From IMG/VR virus record IMGVR_UViG_2563366912_000001: a stretch of DNA of 20,649 nucleotides. One strand, given 5' to 3'. Of this stretch, positions 8,065 through 18,701 are shown in pieces (the first letter of the stretch is position 1; each line of letters begins with the position of its first letter). Position numbers and translations under genes: made by a program. The notes beneath the pieces were generated by a model. The model searched no databases and was not told the DNA's origin. It worked only from the letters and a program-made list of their open reading frames with translations. The DNA comes from a virus. Lineage: Duplodnaviria > Heunggongvirae > Uroviricota > Caudoviricetes.

Positions 8065-8106
8065 GCGTGAGAACTCCGGCGATAGCAGTTATTTGCTACT
8101 CGAAGG
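8065..8106 (+). promoter_or_regulatory. seqC-like element overlapping the RBS of the 65-codon ORF
   Basis: gcgtgagaac...ctcgaaggagg; the AAGGAGG RBS for the ATG at 8117 lies inside the repeat. Confidence 0.35.
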
Positions 8107-8116
8107 AGGCTGCCTT

Positions 8117-8314
8117 ATGGCTACAACCCTTACCCCCTCACACCCTGAATTTGTCTTTGTGTTTGCGGCTGTCCGTCGCGCAGACCGTCATCCCCGTATC
8201 TGCATGCTTCGCACCGTCGCCGGTGATGAACGCAGCGCCCGCCGTTCCCTTGTCCGTGACTATGTGCTCTCCCTTGCTGCCCGTCTGCCGGTGGTGGAGG
8301 TGTCCCGTGCGTAA
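8117..8314 (+). CDS. Small early-operon protein (65 aa; possible kil-like gene, function unassigned)
   Basis: AAGGAGG 7 nt upstream of the ATG. The track's longer 211-codon form has no support upstream. Confidence 0.5.
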   Translation: MATTLTPSHPEFVFVFAAVRRADRHPRICMLRTVAGDERSARRSLVRDYVLSLAARLPVVEVSRA

Positions 8315-8594
8315 TAAAAAAGCCCCTCAGACCGTCTCAGCACGTCATGACGCCCGTGAACACCTCAGCATTGAGGCTTACCATAAGCTCAACCGCGCCA
8401 GCGCCGTATCCCAGTTTGTTGGGGGTGATTTGATTCACCGTGAACTCTCCGGCCTGCATCAGCTCTACATTCCGCATATTTTCAGCTACCTGAATGAAGA
8501 TATTGATTTTGTGCTGAATGAGCTGAAAGCCAAAGGCCTGTGCCGCGATTTTCTCGCCCAGCAGAAAGACCGGGGAGACAGGACGCATGTTTGA
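8307..8594 (+). CDS. Small early-operon protein (95 aa; candidate epsilon-like derepressor)
   Basis: GTG start with GGAGG 6 nt upstream; start overlaps the preceding stop and its stop overlaps the next start (ATGTTTGA). Confidence 0.5.
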   Translation: MRNKKAPQTVSARHDAREHLSIEAYHKLNRASAVSQFVGGDLIHRELSGLHQLYIPHIFSYLNEDIDFVLNELKAKGLCRDFLAQQKDRGDRTHV

Positions 8595-9042
8595 TTTTCC
8601 CCAGCCCGGTGAGATTTACCGTTCTGCCGGTTTTCCCGATGTGGCCGTGGTCGGCATTCTGGAAGACGGTATTCCGTGGGAAATGCCGTACCGCTGCCCG
8701 GACATTGTCTGGAACCCGTACCGCCGTAAATTCAGTATCCTTGTGCGTATCCTCGATGACGGGCGCACCACAGACATCCCGCTGGGGCGTTTTCTGCGGG
8801 AATTTACCTGTGACCGTCCTGACCTGTTTAAACGCAGCCCCGTAAACCGGCATGCGGTACTGAAAGAAATGGCCGGAGACCCGGAATTACAGAAATGGCG
8901 GGAGAAATATCTGGATATTTACCCGCAGGACACTGTTCCGGCCAGCCGGGCGGCACCGGTGGCGCGGGAATGGCGGGAAATTCCCCGCACGGAGCCTGAC
9001 CCGGAAATCACCCCGGATAACAGTTACCGCAATTATCTGTAA
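8587..9042 (+). CDS. P4 orf151-like hypothetical protein (151 aa)
   Basis: Translationally coupled to the upstream ORF; same length as P4 orf151; typical codon usage. Confidence 0.55.
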   Translation: MFDFPQPGEIYRSAGFPDVAVVGILEDGIPWEMPYRCPDIVWNPYRRKFSILVRILDDGRTTDIPLGRFLREFTCDRPDLFKRSPVNRHAVLKEMAGDPELQKWREKYLDIYPQDTVPASRAAPVAREWREIPRTEPDPEITPDNSYRNYL

Positions 9043-9177
9043 TTAAAAAACGATACCCGAAAAATTAAATGTGCGTATTCGCGCAGGGATACGCACGTCT
9101 TCAGGAGACGCAGATATGCCTTATCAGTTAATGCAACCGGCACGGAATGCAGTCATCTGTCACAGGGAGGAAAACAA

Positions 9178-9498
9178 ATGAAAACACCCTTACCGCCCGT
9201 CTTACGCGCTGCCCTTTACCGTCGCGCTGTCGCCTGTGCCTGGCTGACCGTGTGCGAACGTCAGCACCGCTACCCGCATCTCACCCTTGAGTCACTGGAG
9301 GCGGCCATCGCCGCTGAGCTGGAAGGCTTTTATCTGCGCCAGCACGGTGAGGAAAAAGGGCGTCAGATAGCCTGTGCCCTGCTGGAAGATTTAATGGAAT
9401 CCGGCCCCCTGAAGGCCGCGCCGTCGCTGTCCTTTCTCGGGCTGGTTGTGATGGATGAACTCTGTGCCCGTCACATAAAAGCGCCGGTACTGCACTGA
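9178..9498 (+). CDS. Hypothetical early-operon protein (106 aa)
   Basis: GGGAGG RBS upstream of the ATG; lies directly upstream of the primase gene. Confidence 0.55.
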
Positions 9499-11343
9499 AG
9501 GAGAACAACACCATGAAAATGAACGTAACCGCCACCGTCAGCCATGCGCTCGGCCACTGGCCGCGTATTCTCCCGGCGCTGGGGATTCAGGTGCTGAAGA
9601 ACCGTCATCAGCCCTGTCCGGTCTGTGGCGGGAGTGACCGCTTCCGTTTTGATGACAGGGAGGGGCGTGGCACCTGGTACTGCAATCAGTGTGGTGCCGG
9701 TGACGGCCTGAAACTGGTTGAAAAGGTGTTTGGTGTTTCCCCGTCCGACGCGGCCGCAAAGGTGGCTGCCGTGACCGGCTGCCTGCCCCCGGCTGACCCG
9801 GCAGTGACGGCCGCCGCCGGTGCTGAAACAGAAGCCGCCCGGAAGAACGCCGCCGCACTGGCACAAACCCTGATGGCAAAAACCCGTCCCGGAACCGGTA
9901 ACGCCTACCTGACCCGCAAGGGCTTTCCCGGCCGGGAATGCCGGATGCTGACCGGCACACACAGAGCCGGTGGCGTGAGCTGGCGCGCCGGTGACCTTGT
10001 GGTGCCACTGTATGACGACAGCGGCGAACTGGTTAACCTTCAGTTAATCAGTGCTGACGGCCGTAAGCGCACCCTGAAAGGCGGACAGGTCAGGGGCACC
10101 TGTCACACCCTTGAAGGACAGAATCAGGCAGGAAAACGTCTGTGGATAGCGGAGGGATACGCGACCGCACTTACCGTGCATCACCTGACCGGTGAAACGG
10201 TGATGGTGGCGCTTTCTTCCGTGAACCTCCTTTCTCTGGCCAGCCTTGCCCGACAGAAGTATCCGGCCTGTCAGATTGTCCTTGCCGCAGACCGTGACCT
10301 CAGCGGTGACGGCCAGACAAAAGCCGCCGCAGCCGCAGATGCGTGTGAGGGCGTTGTTGCCCTGCCGCCGGTCTTCGGTGACTGGAATGATGCCTTCACG
10401 CAGTACGGCGGGGAGGCCACCCGTAAGGCCATTTACGATGCCATCCGGCCACCGGCTGAAAGCCCGTTCGACACCATGAGCGAAGCGGAGTTTTCCGCCA
10501 TGAGTACCAGCGAAAAGGCCATGCGTATCTATGAGCATTACGGCGAGGCGCTCGCGGTTGATGCCAACGGCCAGCTTCTGTCCCGCTATGAAAATGGTGT
10601 CTGGAAGGTGCTGCCACCACAGGACTTTGCCCGGGATGTGGCCGGGCTGTTTCAGCGTCTGCGCGCGCCGTTCTCCTCCGGGAAGGTGGCCTCCGTGGTG
10701 GACACCCTGAAGCTGATTATTCCGCAGCAGGAAGCCCCCTCCCGCCGCCTGATTGGCTTTCGTAACGGCGTGCTCGACACGCAGAACGGCACGTTCCACC
10801 CGCACAGTCCGTCACACTGGATGCGCACCCTGTGCGATGTGGATTTCACCCCGCCGGTGGACGGTGAAACACTGGAGACCCACGCCCCCGCGTTCTGGCG
10901 CTGGCTTGACCGTGCCGCCGGTGGCCGTGCGGAAAAACGCGACGTGATTCTGGCCGCACTGTTTATGGTGCTGGCAAACCGCTACGACTGGCAGCTCTTT
11001 CTGGAGGTGACCGGTCCCGGCGGCAGCGGCAAAAGTATCATGGCCGAAATAGCCACCCTGCTGGCTGGTGAGGATAACGCCACGTCGGCCACCATCGAGA
11101 CGCTGGAATCCCCGCGTGAACGTGCCGCGTTAACTGGCTTCTCACTGATACGCCTGCCGGACCAGGAAAAATGGAGCGGCGACGGAGCCGGACTCAAGGC
11201 CATCACCGGCGGCGATGCGGTGTCCGTTGACCCGAAATACCGGGATGCGTACTCCACGTGCGTATTACCGTGAAGGAGATCGGTGAGTAACATCGATGGA
11301 GATCGGTTCGTGTCACTTTCACAGAACCGTTTTTAAATTACCT

Positions 11344-12093
11344 TCACTGATCTCCTTCGGTCAACGGAGATTGTATTTTCCGCATTGATTCTCCTTTAAG
11401 TTCGATCTTGATACTGCCATGAACCAGTCGATCTAGGATGGCATCCGCATGTGTGGAGTCTCCGATCATTTTGTACCAGTTTTCCACCGGCAACTGGCTC
11501 ACTACGATGATTGAGCCTCGTTGGTACATCAGATCCACTATTTCCAGCAGGTCGCTACGCTGTTCTGATGAGAGAGGTTCCAGCCCCCAGTCATCCAGAA
11601 GCAGCAGATCGCTATTATTCAGCCTGGTCAAAAGTTTGCTGTATCTTCCATCAGCATGCCCCTGATAGCACTGTTCCATCAGCGCTTTAAGGCGATAATA
11701 GTAGACCTTGTATCCCTGTCGGCAGGCATTATGACCAAGTGCACATGCCAGGAACGTTTTACCGCTGCCGGTGGCCCCGGTCAGTAAAATATTTTGTTTC
11801 AGGGTTAACCAGTTTCCCTGACTGAGTGAACGGATGAGGGCCCTGTCCAGCCCTCTATTGTTACGATAATCCAGCTTTGATAACTCAGCATTAAGTCTGA
11901 ACCGTGCATGTTTGATCAGACGCTCTGCCTTCCTGTTTTCACGGCAGGTTAGTTCTTCTGCTGTCAGTAATGACAGGCGTTCTTCGAAGCCCAGCTCCTG
12001 GTATGTGCCCGGCTGAGCAAGTTGCTTTTTAAGCGCATCACGGAAGCCGGTGAGTTTAAGTGCGGTCAGTTGTTCGTAAAGATGATTCATCAT
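11344..12093 (-). CDS. istB: IS21-family IstB helper ATPase (249 aa)
   Basis: Walker A LLTGATGSGKTFLACALG and Walker B LLLLDDWG; gene follows istA with an 11-nt gap. Confidence 0.9.
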   Translation of the reverse strand: MMNHLYEQLTALKLTGFRDALKKQLAQPGTYQELGFEERLSLLTAEELTCRENRKAERLIKHARFRLNAELSKLDYRNNRGLDRALIRSLSQGNWLTLKQNILLTGATGSGKTFLACALGHNACRQGYKVYYYRLKALMEQCYQGHADGRYSKLLTRLNNSDLLLLDDWGLEPLSSEQRSDLLEIVDLMYQRGSIIVVSQLPVENWYKMIGDSTHADAILDRLVHGSIKIELKGESMRKIQSPLTEGDQ

Positions 12094-12104
12094 TGGATCC
12101 CGTA

Positions 12105-13646
12105 TCAGTGGTAATACTCACTGCCGCGTACGTTTTCGTGTTCCATCGTGGATAACAGATCTGGTTTTGGATCCTGAACAGGTTGTTTATCCAGACCTTT
12201 TTCCAGGATCGATTTAATACCTGACAGACGCCATACCTTTGTTTTCAGAGCTCTTGCACATGCTGCATTAAGTCTGGCTTTACTGTATTTTTTATGAAGG
12301 TTCAGGAGTCCAAGGCAGAAGCGATAGCTTTGTTCCGGATGTGGACGAGAGTTCAGTATATGAAGCACATAACTATGAGTTTCACTGCCTATGTGCCCCG
12401 CCCATTCCAGAAGACGCTCTGGCGTCCAGGTGGCATGCTGTCGATGAGCTTCAGGCATGTGCTCGTTGCGGGTACTGTAGCCATAAGTACGCTTGCGCGG
12501 GTGCACAGCAACCTCCTGCCCCTGATTGAAGAGTCTTACCAGTTCTCCGGAGATCCATGCTTCCAGTTGCTGGCCTAACAGCGAACATGGAACCGAGTAG
12601 TAATGTTTGTCGATTTCCACGTGGTAATCGGCATGAACTCTGACTTTCTTCACCAGGGTGTAACTGTAACTGGCTTCAGGAAGAGGCTTCAGTGCGGGTT
12701 TATCAAGCTGGATGAAGAGTTCTGCACGTGAATAACCCAACTTCTGCATTATTTTGTTATTCAGTCTTTCCAGCAACTCCCGAATGCGCTGATTAAGCGA
12801 TGCAAGGCTGTAGAAGATCTCATGCCTGATTCGGGCCATGATCCAGCGTTCAACAACCTGAACGCCAACTTCAGCTTTGGCTTTATCTTTCGGTTTACGT
12901 GGCCGCGCAGGCAAAACTGCGACATTATAATGCTCAAGCATCTGCTGGTAGGTAGGGTTAACGTCAGGATCATACTTACATGCCCTGGATGTGGCGCTTT
13001 TCAGATTGTCCGGAACAACAAGTTCAGGAACGCCACCCAACCACTGGAAGCAGCGAACATGACTCATCACCCAGTCTTCAAGATGCTGAGACCAGGTGGC
13101 CTCTGCCCATGTGTAACTTGATGCCCCGAGAACAGCTACGATGACCTGAGCAGTTCTTATTTCTCCGGTCTCAGGGTCGGTAACGCCAACGGTAGGTCCA
13201 CAGTAATCAACGAAAAGTTTTTCGCCAGCTTTATGTACCTGACGCATTGATGGTGAAGTGGTTTTGAGCCATTCACGGTACATCCGGCAGTAATGGTTAT
13301 AGCTGTAAAAACCGCCTGGATTACGCTCACAGTATTCTTCCCAGAGTAGCTGCAGCGTCACGCATTTATTACGCAGTTCCCGGTGTACTGTAGCCCAGTC
13401 AGGCAGAGAGTGCTTCTTCATCTTAACCTGGGTCTGAAGGAACGCATGTTTTAGTTTTGTATCATCCCATCCTGTAGGTAAGGGCCACTGCTTTATGCCA
13501 AGTTGAGCCGCCCGATTAGCATATCTGGATACAACGGAAGGGGAGATTGCAAGACTACGACCAATTTGTCGATGGCTGAGTCCAACACCGTATTTAAGCC
13601 TAAGAATTTCTTTAAGTTTTCTCATAGAAATTGGAACTGTTGGCAT
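12105..13646 (-). CDS. istA: IS21-family IstA transposase (513 aa)
   Basis: N-terminal HTH (LSHRQIGRSLAISPSVVSRY) followed by an integrase-core-like region; AAGGA RBS; paired with istB. Confidence 0.9.
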   Translation of the reverse strand: MPTVPISMRKLKEILRLKYGVGLSHRQIGRSLAISPSVVSRYANRAAQLGIKQWPLPTGWDDTKLKHAFLQTQVKMKKHSLPDWATVHRELRNKCVTLQLLWEEYCERNPGGFYSYNHYCRMYREWLKTTSPSMRQVHKAGEKLFVDYCGPTVGVTDPETGEIRTAQVIVAVLGASSYTWAEATWSQHLEDWVMSHVRCFQWLGGVPELVVPDNLKSATSRACKYDPDVNPTYQQMLEHYNVAVLPARPRKPKDKAKAEVGVQVVERWIMARIRHEIFYSLASLNQRIRELLERLNNKIMQKLGYSRAELFIQLDKPALKPLPEASYSYTLVKKVRVHADYHVEIDKHYYSVPCSLLGQQLEAWISGELVRLFNQGQEVAVHPRKRTYGYSTRNEHMPEAHRQHATWTPERLLEWAGHIGSETHSYVLHILNSRPHPEQSYRFCLGLLNLHKKYSKARLNAACARALKTKVWRLSGIKSILEKGLDKQPVQDPKPDLLSTMEHENVRGSEYYH

Positions 13647-14450
13647 AGGTATCCTTTACCGGAATGGCAAAAGATACAGATCAACACACCTGTGAAGTTC
13701 CAATAACATTGATGGAGATCACTGAATAACAAAATGAGTCAAAAGTGATCTCCATCGATGTTATTCAGCGATCTGTTCAAATGTTATTACCCGATCTCGA
13801 TGGAAGTTATTGAGTGATCTCCTTTCATGAAAATACGCACTCCACGCACATCCCGGCGGTAATTCTGGCCGTGAACAATAACCCGATGCGCTTCACCGAC
13901 CGCAGCGGCGGCGTGTCACGCCGGCGGGTGATTATTCACTTCCCGGAACAGATAGCCCCGCAGGAGCGCGACCCGCAGCTTAAGGACAAAATCACCCGCG
14001 AGCTGGCGGTCATCGTGCGTCACCTGATGCAGAAGTTCAGCGACCCGATGCTCGCCCGGTCACTGCTTCAGTCCCAGCAGAACTCAGACGAGGCACTGAA
14101 CATCAAACGGGATGCCGACCCGACGTTTGATTTTATCGGCTATCTGGAAACCCTGCCGCAGACCAGCGGCATGTATATGGGGAACGCCAGTATCATCCCG
14201 CGTAATTACCGTAAATACCTCTATCACGCCTATCTGGCCTACATGGAGGCAAACGGCTACCGGAATGTACTCAGTCTGAAAATGTTCGGGCTGGGGCTGC
14301 CGGTGATGCTGAAGGAATACGGACTGAATTACGAGAAGCGCCATACCAAACAGGGGATACAGACCAACCTGACGCTGAAAGAGGAAAGCTACGGCGACTG
14401 GCTGCCAAAATGTGACGACCCTGCAACAACCTGACCATCATGACTCATCT

Positions 14451-14474
14451 GACCGGCATCTGCCGGTCTTTTTT
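14451..14474 (+). terminator. Rho-independent terminator after alpha
   Basis: gaccggca-tc-tgccggtc followed by T6, 17 nt after the alpha stop. Confidence 0.6.
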
Positions 14475-14483
14475 CATCCCTGA

Positions 14484-14797
14484 ATCCCCCGAAGGTGAAC
14501 AATCCAGTGTTCACCCTTCACCGTATGTTCACCCGTTATCACACTGAAATCAAAAGAGAAAAACGAAAGGTGAACAGTGTGAACAATCAAATCAAAAAAA
14601 ACTTTTTTTCTTCCTGTGTGATTTTCAGTGCGGAGGATTAATCGCCGGTATGAGTCACACCGGCAGAATGCCGGAGGTGAAGAATCGAATGTTCACCCTT
14701 CACCCATTATTCACCACCTATCCAACTGAAATAAAAGGAAAAAACAGAAAGGTGAACAGTGTGAACAGTTCTTCCGAAAAAAAATTTTTTTCCTGTA
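14484..14797. repeat. crr-like cis replication region: two ~125-bp direct repeats, each with TGTTCACC/GGTGAACA iterons
   Basis: Copy 1 about 14484-14608 and copy 2 about 14674-14797 share gaaggtgaa...atgttcacccttcacc...aaaggtgaacagtgtgaaca...A/T runs. Confidence 0.65.
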
Positions 14798-15077
14798 CGA
14801 TATAGCATCAATCCAAGTAAAAATGCGCTTTCATTTCACATTAACTTACAGCCATTGGTATACGATTAGGTATACGCACAAAAACTGAATTAAACAAAAT
14901 CATTAAAAATCAAAGCAATACAATATTTATTCAAACTCCGCCAGCCAATCATGATTGGACGGTATAAGGACAACACCAATAAAAACAGGAAGTTAGCAGT
15001 CTCAGCAGGACACCGACCAGACGGTGAAGAGACATAAAAGGATACGCAAAGGAGCCGCGGCTCCTGGTGACATGAAA

Positions 15078-15098
15078 GCCCACAGATGTGGGCTTTTT
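15078..15098. terminator. Hairpin plus T5 downstream of the autotransporter fragment; candidate bidirectional terminator
   Basis: gcccac-agat-gtgggc followed by ttttt, 10 nt from the stop at 15108. Confidence 0.45.
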
Positions 15099-15107
15099 CG
15101 TTGATGG

Positions 15108-18100
15108 TCAGAACGACCAGTTCACACCAGCTACCCCGTTCCACGGGGATTCCACACCGGCACCATGGCTATACCCCACCCCAAGATGCCCGCTTAACGT
15201 ACTGCTGAATGAGGCTTTAATACCTGCCTGGTATATTCCACGTCTGCCCGACAAATCATTGACGAAATTACCGTCACTATTCACTTTCACCCGGTTATCA
15301 TCGACAAATTCTTTGCGCACAGCCGCCTTCAGCCACGGCTCAACTTCCATACCGTTCCCCAGACGCATGTTGTAACTCAGCGTTGCACCCAGTTCACGAT
15401 ATAAACTGCGGGTATCGACTGATTTCGATTCCATGCCATTGGATAAATGATATTCAGGGTTATCAGCGGTGAACCCCCGTTAACGATGCATACGGCGTCA
15501 GGTTCCAGTTACCATCGGTAAATCGCATCCCGGTTTCAATGTGACCGCCCAGCCCGTAGCTGCGATAACTGCCGTTGGCGGCTCCACCGCTGCCAACCGT
15601 GGAGTCGCGAGCTTCGGTACCTGCTAATACCAATAAATTACCGCCATTTTCCAGCAACATATTGGTCGCTAAATTGCCGGAAATGGAAAAAGTGCCGTAC
15701 TGGTGAGTACCGCTGATTTCAATACCGTTAGCCGTGCTCGTCTGGAGAGCGGCACCGCTGTTCTGGACGATATCTGTCGCTTTGCCATTATCGTTAACTG
15801 TCAGCGTACCGCCTTCATTGATCTTTGTTTTTATTGCCTCTCCGTTAGCTGAAACTGTTTGTATTCCGCCGTCGTTAATCGTTGTCTCATTCGCCACCCC
15901 CTCGACGATTTGTTCGCCGCCGGTGAGCGTCGTGCCTGTCGCAGTGGCTTTTGTTTTGACGATCTCCCGTCCGCCCGTATTGACCTGTGTTTTGTCAGAA
16001 GAGGTGTCTGACTCCACGGTTAACACGCCGCCATTTGCCAGCAGGATATTGTTCGCCGCACCCTGCTCGATGCTGAACGCGACGCCATCCGCGCGTGTTC
16101 CTGTGACCCGCGTCGCCCTGGTGGTTGCAACCAAAGCGCCCTGGCTACTCTGCTGTATCCCCGTTGCGCTGCCTTTCTCCCGCACATCGAGTGTGCCGCC
16201 GTCATTAAGCACCGAGTTTTCAGCCAGACCGCCCTCATTAACTACCTGTGAACACCCATTAATAATGGAACCTTCCGCTATCCCGTTTGCCATAATTTGT
16301 TGTAGGCCAGAGACGATATCGGTATTGATCGCCTTACCATAATTCTGAACGGTTTGTGTGCCGCCATTGATGTGCGTTTTGTCAGTTGACCCACCATCAA
16401 CAATTTGTTCACCACTTTCAATATTTGCCTCAGTGGCTAAACCATATACCGTTTGCTTGCCACCTTTGATATTTGCTTTATCAGAAGTGGCACTGGCATA
16501 TATTGTTTGGGTGCCAGCACTATTAAGTACAGTGCCAACATCTTTTCCATAAACATCCATTTTGCCGTTGGCATTAATAATCGTATCAACTGCCCGGGAA
16601 CCAGTGACGACTGTTAATGAGCCAGCGTTTTCCAGCACTACATTTTTAGCTTCTGAATTCCTGATGTAGAAAGCATCACCATAACTGTTGGTTCCTTCGA
16701 TAAGGGTTCCGGAAGTTGTGGAAGCAATTAATGCGCCGCCGGATTGTTGCTCAACATGCTTAGCCTCACCACCGTCCTGAACCTCCAGAACGCCACCATT
16801 ATTAAGTCTGGTGGTATCTGTTTTAGCCTCCTTCTGGACAATCAGCTTACCGCCAGCATCAACGGTAGTATTTTTCGCCGAGGTTTTAGCCACTACCGTC
16901 AGTTCGCCGGTATTTTCCAGCACAACATAATTAGCCTCCCCTCCGGTAATAGTGAAGTGAGAGAGCTTGTTGTATCCTTCAATATCAGTCCCTGCGCCCG
17001 TGTTGGCAACTAAAGCACTGCCCGTCTCCTGGTTAACCCCATGTGCAATACCGCCGGTATAGACAATCAGCGAGCCTCCGGCGCTAATATTGCTGCCAAT
17101 TGCCGTACCATCTTTCTCAACAACTTGCTGGCTCCCGGAGGATATAATTGTTGTGTCAGCTTTCCCACCGCTTTTGATATTTTGCGTTCCGCTGTTGATA
17201 TTGGTGCCTGTGGCTATGCCATAATTATTAAGATTCTGTGTGCCACCATTAATTATGGTATTTGTCGCGTTTCCTGCAACATCCATAACCCCGCCATTAT
17301 CTATTCGGGTCGCATCAGCTTTAGCATTCGTTAAAACTGACATTGTTCCTTTATCTTTAATAATCGTCTTGTTTGCGGAATGAGATACTTCTAAATGGCC
17401 TCCATTTTCCAGCAACACATTGTCTTCCACTTTATTGTGGATGGAGAATGCACCTTCACTATTCGTACCGCTCACCGTCGTACCGTTAGTGTTTGTTTTT
17501 AAAATTGCACCATCGTGCTGGGTAACATTTGTTGCCGTACCACCACTAACATCAAGCACGCCACCGGAATAAACTTCAATAACATCCGAGGTGCTGGTGT
17601 TATCAACAATTTGCGTGCCACCAGAATAGATCTGCGTAATTTTTGCCGTTGACTTACTATTCAGAGACTGAGTTCCGCCTTCAATCGTCGTGTCCAGCGC
17701 ACGGCTCTCATATACTCTTTGCTCACCGCCATTTTTAATGGTTGTTGTTTCTACTGTGCTCTGTTCAACATACTGTCGACCACCATTTATGGTTGTGTTC
17801 GTTGCCAGACTTCCTTGTACTACGTCCTGAGAGCCAGACTTATTTATCGTTGTACCATCAGCATGCCCTTGAACTTTTACTATCTGGCTACCACCATCAA
17901 TGAGTATTCCATTCGCACTCCCTCCCTCTACGCGTGAAGCACCGCCCTTAATTGTCGTTCCATTGCTGATACCCCCTTTATAAACGTCCTGATTGCCACT
18001 CTCGATTGTCGTACCTGTGGAAATACCCCCGTCATGAATTGACTGTCTGCCACCGTTAATGGTTGTATTATTAGCCTGCCCCACAAAATTGTTATGACTT

Positions 18101-18492
18101 CCTATATCTTGATATCCACCAGATTCAATAAGACTTCCATTAGATACCCCGCCATGAACATTCTGCTGGCCATGGTTGATAATATGAGTGTTATTTGTTG
18201 TACCTCGTTCATCCACTTTTTGGTTGCCATCTACAGTCTCATCGTTTACCACACCAATAACATCAGGAGTGAAGGCCGCCATACCGGGCGGGGCATATAT
18301 CAAGGCAGATATCAATAAGGAAAGTACTGAGCGGCGACAATAATGGGGACTGGTCCTGTTCATAAATTTCATCCTCTGAAAAGTGAATACTGAGTAGCGT
18401 TTAAGCGACCTTAGCTCTGCTGCAACATCAGCCCACAGGCACCAGACCAGGGGATTCATCCTGAAGAGACAGCGCAAGTGTATTGTGTTCAC
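15108..18492 (-). pseudogene. AIDA-I-type autotransporter adhesin, disrupted: passenger ORF (15463-18492, probable start near 18363-18372) and beta-domain C-terminal ORF (15108-15434) in different frames
   Basis: Extended signal peptide MKFMNRTSPHYCRRSVLSLLISALIYAPPGMAA. About 900 aa of degenerate beta-helix repeats (TTINGG.Q..). C-terminus ...LGVGYSHGAGVESPWNGVAGVNWSF is a beta-barrel terminal strand. Frames separate at a C5/G5 tract (15474-15478). Translocator portion looks too short for a 12-strand barrel. Confidence 0.75.
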
Positions 18493-18701
18493 CGCTCATC
18501 AAAGACATCATGATGAAATGATGATATTCCACATAAGAAAGAAGCATTTTTTAAACGCAGTGCGCTGAAGTATGGTTGGATAAAAAAGTCAATCTATTCA
18601 GGGAATACGGGGGTATTCTTTTCTTTCGACAATCAGGTCGTCGGCAAAATAAAATGATTTACATAATCGTTTCTGATGAATATCTTCTGCTCACATAAAA
18701 A

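Larger units (their letters stand above)
11259..13839 (-). mobile_element. IS21-family insertion sequence (istA + istB), about 2.58 kb
   Basis: Ends TGCGTATTACCGTGAAGGAGATCGG... and ...TGATCTCCTTTCATGAAAATACGCA are imperfect inverted repeats with internal repeated GGAGATC motifs. Flanked by direct repeat ctccacg (11252-11258 and 13840-13846). Confidence 0.85.
9513..14434 (+). pseudogene. alpha: P4 alpha-like primase-helicase gene interrupted by an IS21-family element (coding segments 9513-11258 and 13847-14434; 777 codons when rejoined)
   Basis: N-terminal zinc ribbon CPVCGGSDRFRFDDREGRGTWYCNQCG, toprim-like region and Walker A GPGGSGKS. Frame is continuous across the IS once the element and one TSD copy are removed. 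Current ORF stops at a TGA formed by the first IS bases (11271-11273). Confidence 0.85.

Noticed and set aside
7679-8314. 211-codon ORF spanning the early-operon leader
   Set aside because: Its upstream two-thirds covers the terminator hairpin and the structured putative immunity RNA region. Only the 3' 65 codons (8117-8314) have a strong RBS, so the long form is treated as an artefact of open frame.
9471-10849. Minus-strand ORFs (9471-9962, 9538-10008, 10044-10805, 10396-10620, 10652-10849) inside alpha
   Set aside because: Antisense to the primase-helicase gene; Arg/Pro/Gly-rich translations typical of out-of-frame GC-rich sequence.
14484-14797. Possible CRISPR array (repeated units with spacers)
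   Set aside because: Only two long (~125 bp) units with iterons in both orientations and no cas genes; the pattern matches a satellite-phage replication element, not a CRISPR array.
15734-16342. 202-codon + strand ORF and other + strand ORFs within the autotransporter
   Set aside because: Antisense to the repeat-rich passenger domain; translations are low-complexity Pro/Ser/Val strings typical of reverse-strand repeats.
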